A stretch of DNA of 63,930 nucleotides, counting the filler, from Octopus bimaculoides (lineage: Eukaryota): assembly GCF_001194135.2 (NCBI RefSeq). It is 5 parts of 5 records of this genome, joined end to end, with 100 filler letters (N's around TTAATTAATTAA, not from the genome) between each part and the next. Parts side by side here need not be neighbours in the genome. Positions count along the whole stretch, not along the records: positions 50,633 to 63,930 come from NC_068992.1; 4 more parts are not named here. One strand, given 5' to 3'. This document shows, one piece after another, positions 53,098 through 63,930 of the stretch; position 1 is the first letter of the stretch, and each line of letters begins with the position of its first letter. Under the pieces are notes generated by a model. That model did no database searches. It saw only the letters and a program-made list of their open reading frames with translations, and was not told where the DNA came from. A program made the translations under genes and the position numbers.

Positions 53098-53450
53098 TTT
53101 CAGTTTTACTGTTTAAATAAATAATTAAAAACATGTTTCATGTTTTCAATTCAAAGCCTATTACAAAATGTAAATAATTGCATTTAAATATCAATTAATT
53201 TTTCTGTTTTAACTTAATTACATAATCATTTTGTAATGCATTTAAGTAAAATTAATATATTTGCTGTCAGTTTTTGAAGATAGCATTAATAATTGACTGG
53301 ACAATCAAAGCAACTCCAAAACAGAATGAAGAAAAATTTTCTATATAAATGTAATGGATTGTTTGAAATAAATTTCTTGACAAAAATGTTAAATGTTCAT
53401 TTATACTGCTTCACCAGATAAGGGAAAGTGGTCCCTTTGGTCATTTGTTT

Positions 53451-53659
53451 TTAACCCTTTTGCTTTTAAATTGGCCTTATTAAGCCAGTTCAAACTTGCA
53501 AGATCCAGCCTCTCACATTTTAACCCTACGATGTCATTCTAAACTTAAACGGTCATACCATGGAAATCTCAAAGCCACAAGATAAGGCATAATTAATTCA
53601 AAATGATTTGAATGAATAAACATTGCATTTGCCAGAGGAATTTGAATATTAAAGGTTAA
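53451..53659. mobile_element. piggyBac-like MITE bounded by TTAA
   Basis: Starts TTAACCCTT and ends AAGGTTAA; a related left end lies at 45699-45845. Confidence 0.55.
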
Positions 53660-53979
53660 GGGCCTCTGAAGCTGACATAGAGGGAGAAGGAAGTGATTGT
53701 TAAACTGGAGACCGGCCCTCAATGCTTGTACTAGAATTAGTTCTCATAAAGGCACTGCAGGACCAAGTGACAAATCAAGTTTACCACCCAAATTTGATTA
53801 AAATCTTTTGAAGTGCAGGCATGGCTGTGTGGTAGAACGTTTGCATTCCAACCGTATGAGTTTGTGTTCAGTCCCATAGTGTGGCACCTGGGGCATGTGT
53901 ATTCCTACTATAGCCCTATGCTGACCAAAGCTTTGTGATAGGATTTAGCATACAGAAACTGAAAGAAGCCCATTGTATC

Positions 53980-54010
<31 letters not shown>

Positions 54011-54062
54011 GTGTATACATATATGTGTGTGTGTGTGTGCATGTGTGTATGTATATATATTA

Positions 54063-54410
54063 ATAAATAAATGGAGTCAAACACAGGTGTTATTCAAATT
54101 CTTTTACTTCCGACATATGTTTCGAAGACAACATTGGTATTATTCCAAAAGAATAAAATGGTGTAAAACAATGTAAACTTCTTTTCAGGGAAATGAAGAA
54201 ATAAAACTCGTCAATAAGACATTTTAACATAATGTAATGGATGTGTATAATGATGAACGAAACGCTATTAAGTTTATTTAAAAAACCATTAGAAGATATA
54301 ACGTCAAAGGTAGCCTATAGAAAGAGGAGGGGTAACCAGTGTTGTCTTCGAAATATATGTCCGAAGTAAAAGAATTTGAAGAACACCTGCGTTTAACTCC
54401 ATTTATTTAT
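54063..54410. mobile_element. Non-autonomous element with 76-bp terminal inverted repeats
   Basis: Arms 54063-54138 and 54335-54410 differ at 6 of 76 positions by hand alignment. Confidence 0.75.
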
Positions 54411-54874
54411 TTATATATATTATACAAAATATTTCACATCAACCTGGAGTTTCTACCTTTACAAACAGGGTAGCCTTGCTAAACACAAATTTCTGCCTCT
54501 TTGGGCCTCGTCAGGAGCAATTGCATGCTAAAATAAAATCAGCTGTTGCTGATATAGCACAACAGTGATAGAAAAATCACCAATGCCACAATTATCCAGA
54601 AGGTTCCCGAGACAAAAATATATAAGCTTTAAAGCATTCAATATAATCAAATATGCCATTTCTATTAAAACATGTAATTAACTGAAACTAATTATACTGT
54701 AGCATATTAGAAGTGTTCAGTTTTTTGAACTATGATTAGAAGGGAAACTTAAAAGCATGCAGAGAAGAAACTAAATACATGATAAGATATATTTACTTCT
54801 GTCTGTGTTCTAGTGTTTCTGGCCAAACCTGTTGTCCATTCTCATTAATGAAATGATAAACTGAATATACTCAC

Positions 54875-54998
54875 AGACCCTGTCTCTCTCCGGAGTAATT
54901 CACTGGAACCAGTGGAGTTTCGTAGTGCTACATTGCAGCTCCGAAATGTAGGTCTCTTAGCAATGGCCTGCTCTTCTCGTAATCGGTGTACATAGTTT
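54875..54998 (-). CDS. Exon of unidentified gene (NYVHRLREEQAIAKRPTFRSCNVALRNSTGSSELLRRETGS)
   Basis: gtctgttttag acceptor, gtgagt donor, open frame, coding-like composition amid microsatellites; 124 nt, phase 2-0. Confidence 0.75.
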
Positions 54999-55105
54999 CT
55001 AAAACAGACACATATATATATCATATAGTTATGTATACACATGTATACAACAAAAAAGAAAAGAAAAAACAATAACATACTCACACATACACACAAATGC
55101 TCAAA

Positions 55106-55317
55106 TACAAGGGGTGGTGTAAGCTTTAAGGGTATCACAAAAAGCCTGGCTGGAGGCCCAACCTTCCGTCTTCTTTTACAGGGTGTAGAAAAACAGAAGA
55201 ACCGTTGCAATAAGCGTGTGAATCTGAGAGGGGAATATGTTGAAAAACATCATAATTAACTGGCCCTCCTGTATTTTCTTTTATCCAAAGCCAGGAACTT
55301 TTCAGCACTCCCTAGTA
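55106..55317 (+). mobile_element. Internally deleted mariner derivative (MITE-like)
   Basis: Retains the transposase tail LQGVEKQKNRCNKRVNLRGEYVEK; ends tacaagggg...and...cttttcagcactccctagta are degenerate TIRs. Confidence 0.7.
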
Positions 55318-56970
55318 CAGTAGAGGCATGTGACTTAGTGGCATGTATTCTGGCTCTTTACATTCTGGGTTCAAATGTCACTGAGCTCAACTTTACTTCT
55401 CATCCTTTCAGGACTTAAAAAAATAAAGTACCAAAGTCAAGCGCTGTAGTTGATCCCTTCCCCTAAAATTTCAGGCGTTGTACTAAAAATTGAAACAGTT
55501 ATATATTAAACATTGTACTAAATACACTGACCCCAAAAATACAAGGAAAGCTTCATTAATGAATTGGAACTTAGTACATATGAATTGGCAATCCAATACT
55601 TTATCTTCATAGTTATTTTACTTCATTATATATTAAAACATACATTGTACACAAACCATTCACGCATTGCACACTAAATATACATTTTCCATAAACCAAT
55701 CAAGTGTTGCATGTTAAATACACATTAGAACAGAAACTATCCAACCATTGCACATTAAATATACTTTGATCACAAAATGCTAAACCATTATACATTTAAT
55801 ATGCTTTGTAGAAGAAAGGAAAAATAAAATCAGTACTTCCATTAATCGAAAAACTGGATTTACCAAAGTGTCTTCTTTGAATCCATTGCATAGCATAGAA
55901 AAACAACAGGGTAATGTTGTTATTAGGCGAGGTTAGGAAGGTAGCACTGAATCCATTGTGGTGTTAGTATAGCAGTGAAGACTACATCTTTATAGGTAGC
56001 TGTCACTGAATTAGTTTCTCTATGACCAGCTATTCATGTAAGCTGGTAAATATTACTTGAAAAATTCCTTGGATGAGAAAATTGTAATATTTTTTAAAAC
56101 TTTGAAGTCTATTATTCATATGTTATACAATGAAGAGAACAAGGTCGGTGCTGCAGATTAATGATGCAAATAAGTGGTTTGCCATGTGGGCTGAGATCTA
56201 GGGGCACAAGAAACAGAAAAAAAAATGTAACAGACATGTCTTTTTTGGAATAATGGATCTTGAAGTACACATAATGCTATAAATAATCCTTTCTACTCTT
56301 GGCACAAAACCAGAAATTTTTGGGAAGGGGACTAGTTGATTGCATCGACTCCAGTGCACAACTGGTACTTATTTTATTGATCTTAAAAGGATGAAAGGTA
56401 AAGTCAACCACGGTGAAATTTGAACTCAGAATGTAAAGACATACAAAATGCTGCTAAGCAATTTGTTCAGCACACTAACAGTTCTGCCAGCTCAACACCT
56501 TTATAAAGATATAAATAATCCTTTAGGTACAAGGCTTGAATTTGGTGGGGAGCAGGGGTAAGTCGATTACATTGACTCCATTGTTCAACTGATACTTATT
56601 TTATTGACCCCGAAAAGATAAAAAGTGAAGTCGACCCCGCTGGCATTTGAATTCAGAACATGAAGATAGACAAAATACTGCTAAGCATTTTACCTGGCAT
56701 GCTAACGATTCTCCCAGCTTGTCACCTTTATAAAACTATAAATAATAACAATGTGTAAATACTTGTTTGGGAAATCCTTTTGGACAGAAAAACTCAAAGG
56801 CTACCCTTGAGATTTGAACTCACATCTCCAGTAGACAAGATGAACAAATATCTATTTAATTTTAGCTTTAGTACCCATGTCTAACATCTAAGGATGTTGT
56901 AGTTATTTGAACAATGTTTTAGCAGAAAATTGAAAAATCACCAGCTGAAGTACTGATACGATACTATACT

Positions 56971-57720
56971 ATATATCATGGCTCTCTGTATATCTTACTC
57001 AATGTGGATATGCTGCAGAAAGCCACAAAACTGTGGCATCTTCTTCAAGAAAACATCTTGCATAGATGTATTATGTCAAATAGCACAGAAATATATCAGT
57101 AACAAGCAAAACATGTCCAGAGTCTCTGAAATTGCTAAATCTAGATTTCTACGTCTGTGAGCGCATCATCAGTAGCAAGGATCTGTTAGTAACTGTATGC
57201 TTAGACAAATTTAGCCTTTACTGATATAGAAAAACAGTGATTAACAAAGCACTGGTGTTGCAAATAGCTGGCAGATTGGGTAAAAATTCATTGTTAGTGA
57301 AGAAAGTAGTATTGGTTCAGAGTAGCAATCTGTATGTCTTACTTAACATGGACATACTGTAGAAAGTCACAACACTGTAGTATTCATCTTGAAAAAGCAT
57401 CTTGTAAAGATAAATAGCACTTGAAGGCATAAGCGTATCAGTAGCAGACAAAAGGTGTATCAAGAGCAGACGAAAGCAGACAGAAGCAGTGGAATTGCTA
57501 GATCTGGATTTCTGCGTCATTGCACGTCATCAGTAGAAAGTATCCATTATCAAATGCATGCTTAGACAAAATTAACCTCTGCTAATATAGAAAAACAGAA
57601 ATTGATAATTCACTGGTGTTGCAAATATCCTGCCAAGCTGGGTAAAAATTCATTACGAGTGACAGAGTAGTTTTAGTTAAAAATTGCTTTATATATACTT
57701 TGCTTAATGTGGATATCCTG
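56971..57720. repeat. Diverged tandem duplication, unit about 345-360 bp, with an orphan unit start at 58874-58930
   Basis: Anchors cttactcaatgtggat at 56994/57338/57699 and ctggtgttgcaaata at 57252/57613. Confidence 0.8.
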
Positions 57721-57892
57721 TTTTGTTGCCTTTTACAGTATAACCATGTTAAGTAAGATATACAAAATGCTATTTTGAACTAATACGCCTTCCATCATTT
57801 ATAACAAACTATATATTATTTTTATAAGCTACAGCTCTTAACTACAAAATGCTATTTTGAACTAATACGTCTTCCATCATTTATAAGAAACT

Positions 57893-58272
57893 GTTGTTGT
57901 TGTTGGCACTCCGTCGCTTACGACGTCGAGGGTTCCAGTTGATCCGATCAACGGAACAGCCTGCTTGTGAAATTAACGTCCAAGTGGCTGAGCACTCCAC
58001 AGACACGTGTACCCTTAACGTAGTTCTCGGGGATATTCAGCGTGACACAGTGTGACAAGGCTGACCCTTTGAATTACAGGCATAACAGGAAGTAAGAGTG
58101 AGAGAAAGTTGTGGTGAAAGAGTACAGCAGGGTTAGCCACCATCCCCTGCCGGAGCCTTGTGGAGCTTTAGGTGTTTTCGCTCAATAAACACTCACAACG
58201 CCCGGTCTGGGAATCGAAACCGCGATCCTATGACCGCGAGTCTGCTGCCCTAACCACTGGGCCATTGCGCCT
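57893..58272 (-). mobile_element. SINE family B copy inserted in a local tandem duplication
   Basis: High similarity to the 21978 copy; the empty site is visible in the adjacent 82-bp duplicate. Confidence 0.88.
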
Positions 58273-58826
58273 ATATATTATTATTATAAGCTACAGCTCT
58301 TAACTTCATTCAGTGAACATTTATAACTGAAAGACAAGGTACTTCATTACAGGGCCAGTCTAGAGTACTGAATGCTTTAGTACTAGCTTTGGAAGAGAGG
58401 ATAATGATGGTCACAATATTAACTAAATGATTCTTTAATTAGTGAAGAGTGTAATTACTCAGAAACAATGATGATGTCGATGATGATGATGATGACGGAG
58501 ATGTCAACAATTCAACTGCAGCGACTGGAATGATGGCAATTATCCTCTTGTGAGAATTTAAGCTGTTATTTGAGTCACTAAAACTTCAAGTGGATTACTC
58601 TGCACAATAATGTTGTCAGCATTTGCAGCTCTTTAAATACAAACGTACACCTGCACCCACCTGCACACACTTGTACACACCTGTACGAACACGTGTGTGT
58701 GTGTGTGTGTGTGTATAGAAATAAGGTTTCTATCTTTGACTAGTTTACACTTAATGTCTTTAGCACTTCAGACTTTCTCCAATACAAGTAAATTGGTTAC
58801 AGTAAGTTACTTTGAGTTTACATACG

Positions 58827-58872
<46 letters not shown>

Positions 58873-59086
58873 TATATATATCATGGCATTCTGTATATCC
58901 TACTCAATGTGGATACACTGCAGAAAGCCACACACATAAACAAACACACACACAAACAAACTTATACTCACACACACACACTCTCTCACACACACACACA
59001 CTTATACTCACATACACACACACACACATACTCACATACACTCACACACTTATACTCACATACACTCACACGTGTGCATGAGGTTA

Positions 59087-60490
59087 TACTGAGGGTAAGG
59101 CAAAATTGTGCATAACTTTTTTACTAACTGACTGAAGGATGTTCAAAATGCACAATTAGTGAAGCGACCCTTTATTTCTACTGGTTCTTCTTTATTGCAA
59201 GGAAATAATTGATCCCAATGAGAAGCAGCATGTTACCATTGAGTTTTTGATGAAGGATGAGTACAGGCTGTACTGCATCCACAGACGGCTTCAAGTTCTT
59301 TACAGAAATGACATCATTGGTTTCAAATTTTTTGGCACAAGACCAGTAATTTTGAAGAAAGGGGTCAGTTGATTACATCAACCCCCATGTTCAATTAGTA
59401 CTTATTTTATTGACCCCAAAAGGATGAAAGGTAAAATCGACCTCAGTGGAATTTGAACTCAGAACGTGAAGATGTATGAAATGGTGCTAACCATGTTGCC
59501 TGGTGTGCTAATGATTCTGCCTGCTCACCACTTTACAGAAAGATGCCATAAATGACAACAGCATCTTTCACTGATGATGAAGATGTTTAAAGAAGGGGAA
59601 AAACCAGTGTTGGAGACAAACCACACAATGGAAGACCATCTGCTGTGACCACTGGCATGGCTCCTCAGTAAGTGGATGAATTGATCTATGATGAATTTCA
59701 ATCCATGAACTTGCTGCAGAACTGGACAGTGGTCACAATATATTACAGAAGATATTGGAAGACTTTGGGGGATAGGAAAATGAGTGAAAAATGGGTATTT
59801 CAGCTGCTGATGTCTGATTTGAAGGAGAAAAAAATGGAAGTCTGCTTTGATCTGCTGGAAGTATTTGAGGGCCAATGAAGACTCATTTTTTTTTTAGATC
59901 TGATGATGAAAGATGAGACATGAGGGTATGTTTATGATCTGTAAATGCAGGTTCAGTCCATGGAATAACATCACATCTGGTTTTCAAGGTGTAAGGGGTT
60001 CAAAAGCCAGTGATCTGCAGAGAAAATCCTGGTGATTGATTTTGGGATGATAAGGGTATAATTCTCCTTGATTTTCCAGAACATAGTTGTACTAGGAATA
60101 GAAAGCTGTACATTTGGACATTCACATGTTTAGAGAAGCTCTTAAGAAGAAGAGACCAAACAAGAATCTGAAGACAATGCATCCACATTCACCATAACAA
60201 TTTGTGATCAGACAATTTTTAGCAACAAATCAGGCAATTAGCACATTGAGATGGCCAACTCTCTCCCATTTATAAAACCACTTCTGTCTGGGGCTCTCTA
60301 ACTTCTATTTTTTCTGACCAATGAAGAACACTCTTTGAAGACAATGACTTTATGACACAAACAAGGTGAAAGTGGATGTGAAGAAGTGGATACAAGAGTG
60401 CAGGCTTAAATGTTTTCAAAGACAATTTGTGAGTTGTGTTCAACAAATGATACTAATTTATTATTTGTGATGGCTACTGTGTTGAGTAGT
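59087..60490 (+). mobile_element. Mariner-like transposon fossil interrupted by a family C SINE (about 59340-59530)
   Basis: TIEFLMK...IHRRL, LGDRKMSEKWVFQLL...VCFDLL, MKDETxG, DNAS and terminal GYxVE-like remnants; begins tactgaggg. Confidence 0.7.
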
Positions 60491-60668
60491 AGCTTTGTAT
60501 GGAGGAAGAGTAAGTCTACCAGTCTGTGCAATTAGAATATCCTATGTCACTTGATGAGAATATCATACCCACTTCTGCATTACTTTCAGTATAATGCGCA
60601 TGTGTGTGCGCGTGTAACTTCCTTATATGTATCTACATATGTTTAGCTATGTCTATATGTGAGTATAT

Positions 60669-60708
<40 letters not shown>

Positions 60709-61570
60709 TATAGGCATGGCCGCAGTCAAATGACTGAAACAAGTAAAAGAATATGTGTATGCATATATATATATATATATATACACACACAGACACACAC
60801 ACACATATATATACACACACATAATGCGCACTCTCTCTCTCTATATATATATCTATACACACACACACACACTTATATACATAAAGTCCACAGCTGTAAC
60901 CTACACCAGTGTCACATAACCAGCCATGCTTGAGGAATCCTATCGAGTCAAGTACATCAACATCATCAACATCAAAATCAAATCAAATGGAAATTGTAGT
61001 TGTGAGGCCCGTGCTGGTAGCACATAAAAAGCACCATCTGAACGTGGCCGATGCCAGCTTTGACTGGCTTCTGTGCCCGTCGCATATGAAAAGCACCATC
61101 TGATCGTGGTTGATGCCAGTTCCTCTGGCCCCTGTGCCGGTGGCATGCAAAAGCACCCACAACACTCTTGGAGTGGAAGGGCATCCAGCTGTAGAAACAC
61201 TGCCAGATCAGATTGGGGCCTGGTGCAGTCTCCTGGCTTCCCAGACTCCAGTTGAACCGTCCAACCCATGCCAGCATGGAAAACAGACGTTAAATGATGA
61301 TGATGATGATACACACACACACACACACACACACACGCTTATATACATAATGAGGATATTATTATTAATAAATAATAACAATATAGGTGGCTATTGCTCT
61401 ATCTATCTATCTATCTATCTATATAATAATATAGATTTAATCAAAAGATTAAATGTGGTTCTTAAAATGTTTGAGGCACCAGAATTTGGTAGGGTAAAAA
61501 CCAAAAACAAAATCAAGAGATTTGGTGAATAAAATTTGAAGATAAGCAATTTTTGTTGCTTATCTTCAAA

Positions 61571-61660
<90 letters not shown>

Positions 61661-62952
61661 CACACACAATGCTTACACAAATGTATATGAAGATATATCT
61701 CAACTTCTCAACATGGTAACATGGCTTTCGGTATTAAGCTACCTCTATTCATTTCGCCATGTCTATAACAAAATGTTGGCTTAACAGCATTGTGCTATAG
61801 TGTAAAATCTTTTATGCTGCATAGTCAATTAGTGTCAATATTGTCAAATCCTTAACGGTTATCAAACTCACACCAGTTTTTAAATTAACTTACTCACCAG
61901 TAAGCTACAAAACATTTTGTCAGAAGTTATCAAGTTTTATTGACATCATAGTGACTATGTTAAAAGCATTCTGACAAGTTTTAATATTTTTTTTTCTTTT
62001 TCACTGATACACTCTGCATAACTGCCACTGGAATATGTATAATGTTGACGTTCTTAGTTTGGTACCAAGAAACCCTATAGTCTGTTGTGCTAATAGAGAA
62101 AAACTGACATATTGGGATTTTGTCTTTTTCTGTGGTGCAAAGTTAATTGCTGAAATGGAAGGTGTGAAGTCGATAAAGTGATGATGATGATGTTAATAGT
62201 GATGGTTGTTGTTGCTAAGGCAGTGAGCTGGCAGAGTAGTTAACACATCAGGTGAAATGCTTAACAGTAAGTATTTTGTTTGTTTTCATGTTCTGAGTTC
62301 AAATTCAACTGGGGTCGACTTTGCTTTTGGAGGGGAACTTTCTAGGTGCAATCCCATGGTCATTTGTGACCAAAGGGGCTCTTTACCCTTTTCACCCTAG
62401 AAATGTATTACATTTCTCCTTCTCCATTCCTCAGGCAAAGACATGCACTCTTTTGTAATGCACCACTGTCAAATCTTCGCTGATCAGATTTGTTCCATGT
62501 TCAAAATTACCCTGAAACCACATGACTGAAGTGTGAGTTTCTTAACCACACACTCGTGCTTGCACTTTTGACCATAAGCCTGTTTGCTCAGGGTTGACCC
62601 TGGGCTAAATATACCCCACTACATTCCACTTTTATTTATATTTCATAATTGAGATAGACCTATACAGGATCAAACTCTGCTATCAATAACCAACCAGCCA
62701 ATCAGCCAACCAACCTGTGAACCAATGAACCAACTAGTTTGTTTTAGTAACTATCATCATTGAGCAATGTCAGCGACTCATAGAAGTATAATTTATGAAA
62801 CATATTTCTGGAGTATGAAAGAAACTAAAATAGTAACTTTTAAGTTTCAACATAAAGCTGTATAACTCTTTTAACTATAGCTTGTTTATTTATTTATTTC
62901 TTTGTTTGTGTGGTTGTGTAGTTGTGTGGTGTAGTACTTTGTGAATAGTTGT

Positions 62953-63009
<57 letters not shown>

Positions 63010-63632
63010 TTTGTGTAGTTGTTTGATTTGTGTACTAAGATTATCTAAAGGATGAACAACGATTCTGAAATATGGCTCAAAATGTAATGGCTGAGAAATG
63101 GAATAAATGGGTGGAAGATATTCTTATTCCATTTTCGTACGATCTTATAAGATATTATTTTAAGATAGTTATTTTTTAAAAAATACGAACAAATAAGCAG
63201 AAAAAAAAAAAAATTCTTAAAAGATTATTAGTTCAGGAAAGATTACTTAAGCGAGACAAGTAAAAGAAAAAAAAAAACCCCCAACAAAATATTAATATAA
63301 GGTAGATGAATAATAATGATAAAAACAAAGAAAAGGAAAGAGGTTGGGAGTGAAGGAAGAAGGTGTGTAAGTGTGGAGGAGAAACAAGCTGAGTTTAAGT
63401 AAATTACATGAAGATAAGATGTTTAAACGGGAGACTTAATGTGATCTAAATAGAATCCTGTTAATGGCCAGCAGACCACCAATCCCATCCCTATCCCACT
63501 CCTCTCCTTCCATACCCCACACTCTCTAAATTCTCTTGATGAGGAAAATGGTGTACGTCAAACATATCCAAAAATAAGCTGGAGCCCATATGCAACAATC
63601 ACAAAACCTATCAGTAAACATATATACATGTA

Positions 63633-63664
<32 letters not shown>

Positions 63665-63891
63665 TGTGCTTGCATATATGTGGATATACACTACATACAC
63701 ACACATGTACACTGTTAGATTCTTGCACATTACATAGAATTATTTGAACATGGAGAAAACGTAAACTCAATATATATAGAGTAGAGTCAATTTATGGGCA
63801 TAAATTCAATGATACACTTCTTAACTGCTATTCTGAATTGCCAGGAACACTTTTGATAAGCTGTCTGAGAGAGAATTATATACATACATAC

Positions 63892-63930
<39 letters not shown>

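Noticed and set aside
62435-62531. Plus-strand exon-like segment with good acceptor and gtgagt donor as a downstream CEP41 exon
   Set aside because: All three frames contain stops and none resembles the CEP41 rhodanese continuation.

Overview
Eukaryotic, AT-rich, microsatellite- and retroposon-laden genomic DNA with many N gaps; the repeat landscape suggests an octopod cephalopod (inference). Four identical 100-bp spacers (44 N + TTAATTAATTAA + 44 N) at 7055, 14347, 39259 and 50533 show the window is five sequence blocks joined by a scaffolding linker. Three spliced genes are partly present. (1) The last five exons of ERCC4/XPF on the minus strand (35245 to 20966), with the nuclease and HhH2 domains intact. 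(2) Five internal exons of CEP41 on the plus strand (40861-44315), ending inside the rhodanese-like domain. (3) Two well-spliced minus-strand exons (54998-54875, 51718-51515) of a gene I cannot identify. The rest is at least four tRNA-type SINE families, RTE LINE fragments, fossils of other LINEs and of Tc1/mariner, MITE-like foldbacks and simple repeats. Nearly all long ORFs in the supplied track are artefacts of microsatellites and N runs. I see no demonstrably new biological system. The best leads are a 100-nt hairpin at 48675-48774, the unidentified gene, the incomplete or interleaved gene layout across the linkers, and inverted repeats around all-phase-0 XPF exons.
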